From positions 1 to 35,450 of the IMG/VR virus record IMGVR_UViG_3300038492_000686: 35,450 nt of DNA; one strand, given 5' to 3'. Both the position numbers and the translations under genes were made by a program. The stretch's first letter is position 1. Each line of letters starts with the position of its first letter. Shown here piece by piece: positions 1 through 6,972 of the stretch. The DNA is from a virus (lineage: Duplodnaviria; Caudoviricetes). The notes beneath the pieces are model-generated. The model did not search any database. It saw only the letters and a list, made by a program, of their open reading frames with translations, and had not been told where the DNA came from.

Positions 1-17
1 GTTTCCCAGTCACGATC
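1..17 (+). other. Random-amplification (SISPA-type) primer tag GTTTCCCAGTCACGATC; library artefact
   Basis: Matches the M13-derived tag used in random-primed viral amplification; exact reverse complement at 35434-35450. Confidence 0.95.
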
Positions 18-58
18 TGGTGGGTGGGTAGGGAGATATCGCCCTTGGCCAGAGTCGC

Positions 59-82
59 GCCTGGCCTCAGGCTATTTTTTTT
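59..82 (+). terminator. Possible intrinsic terminator
   Basis: GCCTG-GCCT-CAGGC stem-loop followed by TA and T8; short 5-bp stem. Confidence 0.4.
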
Positions 83-88
83 GGGGGA

Positions 89-400
89 GTGATGGGTTTT
101 TGGCAAGACCTGAAAAAAGTATTTTCGGTGAGTTACAATCTCGGCAGAGCCAAACCTACAAGGCCCCTGCCGACAGATTCAGGCTACGACCCTGGGAAAA
201 GATATGCGATTGGCATAAACAAAAGAAAGATAAGGAGTGCAAAAAAAGTGGACCAGCGGTGTTTCTGTAATAATTGTAAACAGACATTTTATATAAAGAC
301 GCACTATGCTCTAAACAGCATTCAAAAATATGATTTTTGCTCTGACTGCTCGGACAAAGATCTTTTGCTTGAGCTGAACGAATGGATAGATCAAATATGA
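89..400 (+). CDS. Hypothetical protein with putative zinc finger
   Basis: CNNC...CSDC pairs; GGGGGAG ribosome-binding site upstream. Confidence 0.65.
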   Translation: MMGFWQDLKKVFSVSYNLGRAKPTRPLPTDSGYDPGKRYAIGINKRKIRSAKKVDQRCFCNNCKQTFYIKTHYALNSIQKYDFCSDCSDKDLLLELNEWIDQI

Positions 401-648
401 CCACCCCGCCGAATAATCTTACAGCTTATTGGTGTCCGGAAGATTATATATATGACAACCCCACTGATTGCTTGCTTAATCATCCAGAGCAAGCTGCTCA
501 ACTTATGCGAGATGATTCGGTTTATTTAGCTTACCAAAAAGCGGTGGAAGCTTTGAGGTTATACATAGGGGTGCCAGGCAAAACCCTTGAAGGCCCAACA
601 TTATACTCTGCTGCCGAGAAAACACTAAAAGAACTGGGGGAGATGTGA
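382..648 (+). CDS. Hypothetical phage protein (start may be 397)
   Basis: ORF track; ATGA-type overlap with upstream gene at 397-400 and GTGA overlap downstream. Confidence 0.65.
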   Translation: MDRSNMTTPPNNLTAYWCPEDYIYDNPTDCLLNHPEQAAQLMRDDSVYLAYQKAVEALRLYIGVPGKTLEGPTLYSAAEKTLKELGEM

Positions 649-791
649 GTGAAGATCTGAAATTATATTTAATTATAGGGTTTCTTGGCCTTGGGATCGT
701 CATGTCACTGTCTATGTTAGTAGCTGTTGTTTCCATATTTTTTTCTATCCCTGAATCAATTGCCAGTATTGTAGTGAGTAAAAGAAAATGA
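645..791 (+). CDS. Small membrane protein, 48 aa (not in ORF track)
   Basis: GTG start overlapping previous stop, GGGGGAG upstream; MSEDLKLYLIIGFLGLGIVMSLSMLVAVVSIFFSIPESIASIVVSKRK is strongly hydrophobic. Confidence 0.6.
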   Translation: MSEDLKLYLIIGFLGLGIVMSLSMLVAVVSIFFSIPESIASIVVSKRK

Positions 792-807
792 AAGAGGAGC
801 TTGATAA

Positions 808-1065
808 GTGAGGCAGTTGCTGGTGATTTTTACTTTTCTAATAGGATGCGAAGAGCCTAAGAAGAGAGAACAGGTTCATAAAGATTTATGTATTCATGAA
901 TGCGTTGAGAGCATTTTATATCCCTTAGAGGCGGTTGCTGATGGAGAGAGCAAGGTCTATTGGGATATGTGTAAAAAACGCTTTGAGCACTTAAGATGTT
1001 GCGAAACATCTCAGTATGACTATTATAGCGCCTGCAAAGAAAAGAGGATGAAATTAAAACCCTAG
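808..1065 (+). CDS. Cys-rich putative lipoprotein
   Basis: Signal MRQLLVIFTFLIGC with lipobox-like LIGC; six further Cys; GAGGAG SD. Confidence 0.65.
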   Translation: MRQLLVIFTFLIGCEEPKKREQVHKDLCIHECVESILYPLEAVADGESKVYWDMCKKRFEHLRCCETSQYDYYSACKEKRMKLKP

Positions 1066-1286
1066 ACGAAATAGAAGCCAGAGCTAATGCTGCGACATTT
1101 GAATGTTTATGTGGTTTGCCTGGCTGTAAAAAATGTGATGATGATTGTTTATTTGATCGCCACGCCCGCACAGATGTGCCTAGGCTAGTGAATGCTTTAC
1201 GCTATGTAATAAAAACATCCGAACTTAAAGGTTTCTCTCATCCTTATATGGTTGAGGGGATAGAAGAGATATTGGAGGGGGAATGA
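1053..1286 (+). CDS. Phage early protein with LDEIEARANAAT...HARTDVPRLV motif (Ead/Ea22-like); no canonical start codon (not in ORF track)
   Basis: Open frame 1029-1286 filling the intergenic gap; stop overlaps the next start (ATGA at 1283-1286); start assigned tentatively to ATT at 1053. Confidence 0.6.
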   Translation: MKTLDEIEARANAATFECLCGLPGCKKCDDDCLFDRHARTDVPRLVNALRYVIKTSELKGFSHPYMVEGIEEILEGE

Positions 1287-1483
1287 AATACATGCAACGA
1301 TGGGATGACGAGCCCTTTGAAGTGACATCACAGGAAATGACAAGGTGGTCATGCTGTGAATGCGGATTAGTTCACGATATTGTTTTTGCGACAAAAAGAA
1401 AAAATGAAAAGATAGGCGTTGCTGCCAGAGTTAATCGCAGGGCAACTGCTGCTCGTAGGAGAAAAATTAATGCTAAAGATTGA
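1283..1483 (+). CDS. Small putative metal-binding protein
   Basis: CCECGLVH motif, basic C-terminus; GGAGGGGG SD. Confidence 0.7.
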   Translation: MKYMQRWDDEPFEVTSQEMTRWSCCECGLVHDIVFATKRKNEKIGVAARVNRRATAARRRKINAKD

Positions 1484-1871
1484 AAGGCCAAGATTAAATA
1501 AGTTCCTTATACCCGTAGCTACGGGGCCCGACAGCGGTATGGAGCGTATTTCACATATAAAAAGTAAGGATTTTAAAGAGTGGTTCGACAACTGTGTGGA
1601 GCCCATCAACAAGATACTCGCTGAAGGGGTTGAGGTTACTTGTTATAAAGAGCATTACGAAGAAAGGGTGAAGTGGTGCGCTTCGGAAATTATGTTGGAC
1701 TGTAAAACACACAAAGCCCTACTTATCAACATCCAGCCGATCAAAGAAGAAACTGCTGAGGGTGTGTTGAGGGATATACTTAACTCGGATACTTTAATTA
1801 GATCAGAATTAGCAGTTAGAGCCAGGAGGGTTTTAGATGGCAACAAAGAAGAGGGATCTTCTAGCGATTAA
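1470..1871 (+). CDS. Hypothetical phage protein
   Basis: Track ORF 1419-1871; AGGAG SD favours ATG at 1470. Confidence 0.7.
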   Translation: MLKIERPRLNKFLIPVATGPDSGMERISHIKSKDFKEWFDNCVEPINKILAEGVEVTCYKEHYEERVKWCASEIMLDCKTHKALLINIQPIKEETAEGVLRDILNSDTLIRSELAVRARRVLDGNKEEGSSSD

Positions 1872-2163
1872 CGAGCAGTTTGACTGGTGTGAGCCAAGAA
1901 GGCTTTACCGTCAACTAAGAACAGCGCTAGATAACACAACTAAGAAACTAAGTTCTGACACGATATCTCAAATTCACAATCAAATAGTTGAATATTTGGG
2001 AATAGGTAGCTTGAATAGAGAGGAATATATAGACCTATCTAATACGCTAATTGCGTGGCAAGCGAGAGACTATGAACCAATACCACCGCCCAAAGTTCGT
2101 CCTACCAGAACGGCTAGACCCAACCGCAGAACGACATCTAGCGCTAATTACCGCTCAACTTGA
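1837..2163 (+). CDS. Hypothetical protein
   Basis: AGGAGGG SD upstream of ATG; long 3' overlap with next gene. Confidence 0.6.
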   Translation: MATKKRDLLAINEQFDWCEPRRLYRQLRTALDNTTKKLSSDTISQIHNQIVEYLGIGSLNREEYIDLSNTLIAWQARDYEPIPPPKVRPTRTARPNRRTTSSANYRST

Positions 2164-2368
2164 ATTGGCAGGCTGGTCAAAAGACTTAATAGTAGAGTTC
2201 TGGCAGACAGACATGCCTCAGCTGAATGGATATAAGCCCATTGAGGCTTTAGCAGCAGGCAAGCCAGAGTTGGCTCAGATGGCTAGTGATTATTATAGAA
2301 GACGCTTTGACAAGAGGGTGGAGGCTTGTCCTAAACTAAAGATAGTGGAGGATAAGTCTGATGATTGA
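2072..2368 (+). CDS. Xre/MbcA/ParS antitoxin C-terminal-like (DUF2384-like) domain protein
   Basis: EFWQTDMPQLNGYKPIEALAAGKPELA resembles the W-x4-P-x-L-x-G-x2-P-x2-L-x3-G pattern of this domain; ATG at 2072. Confidence 0.5.
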   Translation: MNQYHRPKFVLPERLDPTAERHLALITAQLELAGWSKDLIVEFWQTDMPQLNGYKPIEALAAGKPELAQMASDYYRRRFDKRVEACPKLKIVEDKSDD

Positions 2369-2576
2369 AGAGACTGAGGAGCACATACTTCATGGCGGGC
2401 AAACTTTAACAGTTAAAGATGGTTATGTTGCTCATGTAAAGGTTGAAAAGCTAAAGGCTACTGCTGAAGAGGTTTTGAGGGAGTTACTAGACCTTGATCG
2501 GCATAAGGCTAAAACTGGTGATATATTAGACTTGCAGCGCAAGGCATCAGTTGCCTTAGAGCATCACAAGGAATAG
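2361..2576 (+). CDS. Hypothetical protein; C-terminus similar to that of 1470-1871
   Basis: GGAGG SD; TAEEVLRELL vs TAEGVLRDIL. Confidence 0.7.
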   Translation: MIEETEEHILHGGQTLTVKDGYVAHVKVEKLKATAEEVLRELLDLDRHKAKTGDILDLQRKASVALEHHKE

Positions 2577-2579
2577 CCT
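2551..2579 (+). promoter_or_regulatory. Putative sigma70-type promoter for the receiver-domain operon
   Basis: TTGCCT (2551-2556)-17 nt-TAGCCT (2574-2579); ATG follows after 7 nt. Confidence 0.4.
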
Positions 2580-2586
2580 GTTTCTT

Positions 2587-2931
2587 ATGAACGCTCTTGT
2601 CGTAGATGACAACATTAATGATTTCTATATTATCCACAAAGCCTTTGGTAAAAAGGCTAATCTTTATTGGCTGTCTAATGTACTTGACGCCAACCTGCTT
2701 ATAGATACTAAACTTATTAAGTTTACACTGGTTTTATGTGACATACATGGGGTTGATTTTAATATGGGGACTGTGGTTCCTGAGGTTGATCATAGAAATG
2801 TTATGTATATGTCTAGCCTTAGTAAATATAAAGAAGCGCTGGGTGATAACTTTATTGATAAGGGCGAATTAGTTCCATGGATAAGGAATTTGTGTGGAGA
2901 CAGAAAAAGACGAATGGCAGACGTGGTCTAA
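2587..2931 (+). CDS. Single-domain response regulator (CheY-like receiver)
   Basis: LVVDD acidic pocket, LVLCD phospho-acceptor Asp, VMYMSS (conserved S/T), FIDK (conserved Lys); no output domain. Confidence 0.8.
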   Translation: MNALVVDDNINDFYIIHKAFGKKANLYWLSNVLDANLLIDTKLIKFTLVLCDIHGVDFNMGTVVPEVDHRNVMYMSSLSKYKEALGDNFIDKGELVPWIRNLCGDRKRRMADVV

Positions 2932-3106
2932 GCACGTTTTAATTGAGCTAAGAAGGCTTGATGCTGACATTAAGAACTTAGATTCGAGTATGCGCAAGGT
3001 TAGTGTTGAGCTTGCTATGCTAAAGGTGAAAGCATCCATATGGGGTTCTGTTTCAGCAGCTTTTGTTTTGTTTTTATCAAAAGCAGCGGAGTACCTACCT
3101 AAATGA
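2894..3106 (+). CDS. Coiled-coil protein with C-terminal transmembrane helix (XhlA/holin-like architecture)
   Basis: Heptad-rich middle, hydrophobic IWGSVSAAFVLFL; AAGGA SD. Confidence 0.6.
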   Translation: METEKDEWQTWSKHVLIELRRLDADIKNLDSSMRKVSVELAMLKVKASIWGSVSAAFVLFLSKAAEYLPK

Positions 3107-3909
3107 GAAAGTTAAATAGCTATTTTGATACATTTGGTTTTTTGGCAACACGTTATGAGAGAGACGGTGGTGATTCGGCATTTTTCACTGGTCACTATGC
3201 TTTTTATAGGTATTTGACGGGTAATGAGTCGACTCATCACATATCTGAGCAGGATTTTAAATACAGATTAGTACAGCTAGAAAAGGGTGGTAATTTTAGA
3301 CGACATCCTGATGAGTCTAAGTGGTATGGTCATTGGGATAGGATGAGTCGCGATCAGATGACTAGTCTTTTGGTTGTAATGGGTTGTTACAAGATGAATA
3401 AGATTCTTTTGAGGTCTCTAGGAAGGTGGCTTTTAAGGTTTATGTTCATGACAAACACTAGGAGGAATGGTGCCACAAAAGAAAACCATGGTGAGGCATA
3501 TGGCCGTGATAAGCGGCGCAATTATAATTGGAAGTTACCTGACTGGTCCCCCACTTTTATTGGGGTCTATATTAGAGCTTTCAGAGCATGGTACTTATGG
3601 CCTTTGCTTCTTATTTGCGACCTTGAACTTTTATTTAGTGCTATTAAGAAGCTCAAATGGGGGTCAAAGTCAGGAGATGACTTCAACTTCATCTCAAGAA
3701 TACTCCAGGCAAGGGAGTTCCTCCCGACACCTATCAGTTATCTCGCAAGAGTCGTCTACAGACGCCGAGAACGTATTGAAGCTCCCGACAAAGCTGAATA
3801 CTATCCATTAAATGGCCCTCAGTCGGCTATTTTACATTACTGCATGCGTGGTAATGCTAAATATCCTCCATTAGATCTTTTGTATAAGCCTATTATAGAG
3901 AGCTTATGA
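3103..3909 (+). CDS. Uncharacterised 268-aa protein, possibly an enzyme
   Basis: Long ORF coupled to both neighbours; motif-like DGGDS, RRHP, SRDQ, GDDxN; hydrophobic segment AWYLWPLLLICDLELLFSAI. Confidence 0.75.
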   Translation: MRKLNSYFDTFGFLATRYERDGGDSAFFTGHYAFYRYLTGNESTHHISEQDFKYRLVQLEKGGNFRRHPDESKWYGHWDRMSRDQMTSLLVVMGCYKMNKILLRSLGRWLLRFMFMTNTRRNGATKENHGEAYGRDKRRNYNWKLPDWSPTFIGVYIRAFRAWYLWPLLLICDLELLFSAIKKLKWGSKSGDDFNFISRILQAREFLPTPISYLARVVYRRRERIEAPDKAEYYPLNGPQSAILHYCMRGNAKYPPLDLLYKPIIESL

Positions 3910-4220
3910 TTTATTCTGCTTCTGTGATTAGGGTTATAGATGGTGACACGGTAGAGGTGAATATAGAGCTTATTGGATTTGAGATGTATTGTTTTAGAGA
4001 TATACGCTTAGAGGGAGTATATGCACCAGAAATTAGGGGAAAAGAAAAGGAAGCAGGCAGAGCAATTGCTAAAAGACTACGAGAAAAGGTGCCGGTTGGA
4101 AGCACAGTTGGAGTTGTTGCTAGCGGCATTGATAGTTTTGGGCGCATTATTGGCGACATTCTTATTGACGGCGAGTCAATAGCAGATACCGTTAACTCAT
4201 GGATGAAGAAGAGTTCTTAA
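3906..4220 (+). CDS. Thermonuclease (staphylococcal nuclease-like) family protein
   Basis: VIDGDT, IRLEGVYAPE and DSFGR motifs. Confidence 0.9.
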   Translation: MIYSASVIRVIDGDTVEVNIELIGFEMYCFRDIRLEGVYAPEIRGKEKEAGRAIAKRLREKVPVGSTVGVVASGIDSFGRIIGDILIDGESIADTVNSWMKKSS

Positions 4221-4423
4221 CTAAGTTAAAAAGCGTTCATGGAATGAGAGTTGACACTCCATCAGGTCCAGGTAGGGTCTGGGAGGTTTATTTTGAGACA
4301 AATACCATAGGAGTTAATGTAAATGGCTACAATCATGGACCTATATTCTTTGATTTGGAAGAAATCGTTAGTCTTAATGTTTATGGCAGGGTTAGTGACG
4401 ATTTTGATGCTATCGGGATGTGA
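4199..4423 (+). CDS. Hypothetical protein
   Basis: ORF track; fits operon packing. Confidence 0.55.
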   Translation: MDEEEFLTKLKSVHGMRVDTPSGPGRVWEVYFETNTIGVNVNGYNHGPIFFDLEEIVSLNVYGRVSDDFDAIGM

Positions 4424-4652
4424 TAAGCGTAGAGATAGGGCTGAGCGTGAGACAGTGATATATGAGCGTGAGCCTAGCCCTGAGCCTCCTAGAGAGCCTC
4501 CACAGCCTATTGAGCCCCCTCAGTGTAATGCTTCTTACGAAGAGATTGTTTTACCGAATGGAATAATTCAATGGGAAATGAGATCACACTGGGTTAGGTG
4601 TGCAGGTTTTTTTGGTCAGAGCCGTGTTAATTGCCTTTGGCGGAATAGATAA
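4377..4652 (+). CDS. Pro-rich putative lipoprotein
   Basis: MFMAGLVTILMLSGC lipobox; PSPEPPREPPQPIEPP linker; three Cys downstream; start uncertain (4323/4377/4383). Confidence 0.6.
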   Translation: MFMAGLVTILMLSGCDKRRDRAERETVIYEREPSPEPPREPPQPIEPPQCNASYEEIVLPNGIIQWEMRSHWVRCAGFFGQSRVNCLWRNR

Positions 4653-4661
4653 AAGTAAAGT

Positions 4662-4689
4662 TAAAGTTACATTTTGATACGTCCGATAC
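4662..4689 (+). promoter_or_regulatory. Second, weaker sigma28-like promoter
   Basis: TAAAGTTA...TCCGATAC with TAAA-N16 spacing (one more than canonical). Confidence 0.35.
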
Positions 4690-4739
4690 CGATACTGGGT
4701 ATATGTGCATAGAAAATGTATAAAAAGTTATGCAAATAA

Positions 4740-4767
4740 CTAAAGTTTCCAGACCTTAGTCCGATAA
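4740..4767 (+). promoter_or_regulatory. Sigma28 (FliA/SigD)-type promoter
   Basis: CTAAAGTTT-N11-TCCGATAA vs consensus TAAAGTTT-N11-GCCGATAA (one mismatch, exact spacing); intergenic, followed by AGGAGG and ATG 4790. Confidence 0.75.
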
Positions 4768-4789
4768 GTATTATATCAGGAGGTTGGAA

Positions 4790-4957
4790 ATGTTTAGAGA
4801 ATGTAGCAATAACGAATTAAAGGTTCTTAAGTTAAAACTAGAATTAGAATATAGAGATGCCATCTTGGTTGATTACCAGGCAGCTTTTAACTACCACATC
4901 ATCTGGGAAATGGTTGATGAAGAGTTAGTTAAGCGCAGAATTACAGGTGGTAAATAA
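4790..4957 (+). CDS. Small hypothetical protein, 55 aa (not in ORF track)
   Basis: AGGAGG SD; MFRECSNNELKVLKLKLELEYRDAILVDYQAAFNYHIIWEMVDEELVKRRITGGK; TAATG overlap with next gene. Confidence 0.8.
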   Translation: MFRECSNNELKVLKLKLELEYRDAILVDYQAAFNYHIIWEMVDEELVKRRITGGK

Positions 4958-5454
4958 TGAAACACTTAATCTTAATCTTATTTATGTCAGGTCTCCTGAT
5001 AGGGTGTGAGGGAGAGGGTGGTTCTGCCGAGGCTAACCTAACTGGACCGGTTGTAGGTGAACCAGAGGAATCGTCTCCCCCTCCTGCCCCTTCTTATTCA
5101 ACGTCGTGTCTTAATAACGATCATGACTGCGTGGCAGAGGATTTCTTCCACGCAGTTGAATATGAAGATTGTGAGAGAATTGCCGAGTGGGACTCCTCAG
5201 AGGGAACAATTTTTAAGTTCACATCTGATACATCTGTTGCAGGTCCTTATTTTGAGATGACTCTTAATGGATCAGGAGCTGATATTCAATACAATGGTTC
5301 GAGTCAGGGATTTGGTCCTCTTTATTGTGATAATGGTGATCGTTGTGAATGTGATGTGACTGTTGATGGTTCTGGAAATATTACAGATGTGGTTTGGAAT
5401 TATGACTTATTCGAAAATGGAATGTGGAATAATTATCAGGAGGTTTTGAAATGA
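4957..5454 (+). CDS. Acidic Cys-rich putative lipoprotein
   Basis: MKHLILILFMSGLLIGC lipobox; Pro/Ser linker; six further Cys. Confidence 0.75.
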   Translation: MKHLILILFMSGLLIGCEGEGGSAEANLTGPVVGEPEESSPPPAPSYSTSCLNNDHDCVAEDFFHAVEYEDCERIAEWDSSEGTIFKFTSDTSVAGPYFEMTLNGSGADIQYNGSSQGFGPLYCDNGDRCECDVTVDGSGNITDVVWNYDLFENGMWNNYQEVLK

Positions 5455-5726
5455 ACACAGTAGACATATCGCTTAATATAGAGAAAATAATGTCTGATTT
5501 TATAGAGGGAAAATACGGGATTTCACACAGCGTTTTAGATAGGAAGATTTATTGTTTAGCTAATCATATTTGGTATACCAGGCCTTGGTATAAGAAGTTT
5601 GGAAGCAGAGATAAATTTATTAAAGAAATGAAGAATAGATTAAAAAAGGAAGCATTTGAATGCTCAGTGAATACAAGAGAGGCTTTTGCGATGGTTATGG
5701 AAAGGAATGAGAAATGCACAGCATAG
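5451..5726 (+). CDS. Hypothetical protein
   Basis: AGGAGG SD; ATGA-type overlap. Confidence 0.75.
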   Translation: MNTVDISLNIEKIMSDFIEGKYGISHSVLDRKIYCLANHIWYTRPWYKKFGSRDKFIKEMKNRLKKEAFECSVNTREAFAMVMERNEKCTA

Positions 5727-5968
5727 AGTTTGATATTTACTGGGGTGGGCAAATGTATAGTGTGGAGGCTGACATATTGTTAAACGATGAGTCTTTTGAT
5801 GCTCATAATAAGATGGGATTTTTGGCAAAACACAGAAGGATATCTGCTGAGGTTAAAGATCTTAATATATATTTTGGTGGCAATAAAGTATCTCTTGACG
5901 ATGGCATAAAAGAATTTGCAATGGAGCATGCGATAACTGAATTCTATCATCAAAATGATATGATCTAG
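5714..5968 (+). CDS. Hypothetical protein
   Basis: AAGGA SD; operon packing. Confidence 0.7.
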   Translation: MHSIEFDIYWGGQMYSVEADILLNDESFDAHNKMGFLAKHRRISAEVKDLNIYFGGNKVSLDDGIKEFAMEHAITEFYHQNDMI

Positions 5969-6016
5969 ACTATTGGACAGTACCTTAAAAGACCTTAAAT
6001 TGCCTATGCTTATGGC

Positions 6017-6733
6017 GTGGGCATTCTCAAGAAGAACTCTTCTGTTCTAGTAATTTCTGACACACATTTCCCTTATTGTCATAAGGACACTTTAGACTTC
6101 TTAAAAGCTTTAAAAGACGAGTATAAGCCTGACCGAGTGATTCACATTGGGGATGAAATCGACGGTCACAGCATTTCTTTTCACAATCATGACCCTGATT
6201 TACTAAGCCCTTCAGACGAGTTTCAACAAGCAATAGTTCATCTAAAAAGTCTTTACAAGTTGTTCCCGAAGGTCGACGTAATCGAATCGAATCATGGCTC
6301 ATTGGTTTATCGTAAGGGAAAAGCTCTTGGTTTGCCACGTAATGTTTTTAAATCTTACAGAGAGATATTAGAGGCTCCTAAGGGATGGAGGTGGCATTTT
6401 GATTTAACTATTACATTATCTGATAGGACTAAGGCCTACTTTTGTCATGGTAAGACGGCTTCCTTTGGTAAACTAAGTCAGTCAATGGCGATGAATACTA
6501 TACAGGGGCACTATCATGAAAGGTTCGAAATTTTCTATTGGGCTTCACCTTCTGGTCTTTATTGGGATATGCGGGTTGGTTGCCTTATCAATGATAAATC
6601 ACTTGCTTTTAATTACAATAATACAAATCTTAAGCGACCTCTCATTGGGACCGGTATGATTATAGATGGTCAGCCTAAGTTATTTCCTATGATATTGGAT
6701 AAACACGGAAGATGGATTGGAAAGTTGAAGTAG
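6017..6733 (+). CDS. Calcineurin-like metallophosphoesterase
   Basis: ISDTH, HIGDEID, SNHG, CHG and QGHYH metal-binding motifs. Confidence 0.92.
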   Translation: MGILKKNSSVLVISDTHFPYCHKDTLDFLKALKDEYKPDRVIHIGDEIDGHSISFHNHDPDLLSPSDEFQQAIVHLKSLYKLFPKVDVIESNHGSLVYRKGKALGLPRNVFKSYREILEAPKGWRWHFDLTITLSDRTKAYFCHGKTASFGKLSQSMAMNTIQGHYHERFEIFYWASPSGLYWDMRVGCLINDKSLAFNYNNTNLKRPLIGTGMIIDGQPKLFPMILDKHGRWIGKLK

Positions 6734-6972
6734 TCCATTGGTTTGATCCTTGTAGTCAGGATGAATGGACTGATGTTAAAGATTTAAACCTTAAGCCTGC
6801 TGAAATAGTCAGCATAGGCCATGTAATTAAAGAAACAGATAGAGCTTTAATAATGTCTTTAAGTTTGCATGCTAGCGAAGACAGCGTGTCATGTACTATG
6901 ATTATTCCAAAGGTTTGCATTACAAAAAGGCGGAAAATAAATGTCGGGACTAGGAAAGCCAAAAGAAGATGA
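6712..6972 (+). CDS. Conserved-looking small phage protein
   Basis: VxWxD...W, SIGHVI and IPxxCI pattern typical of a common small phage family. Confidence 0.7.
   Translation: MDWKVEVVHWFDPCSQDEWTDVKDLNLKPAEIVSIGHVIKETDRALIMSLSLHASEDSVSCTMIIPKVCITKRRKINVGTRKAKRR

Noticed and set aside
18-33. G-quadruplex-like GGTGGGTGGGTAGGG
   Set aside because: Overlaps the random-primer-derived bases next to the tag, so it may not be genomic, and the first run has only two G
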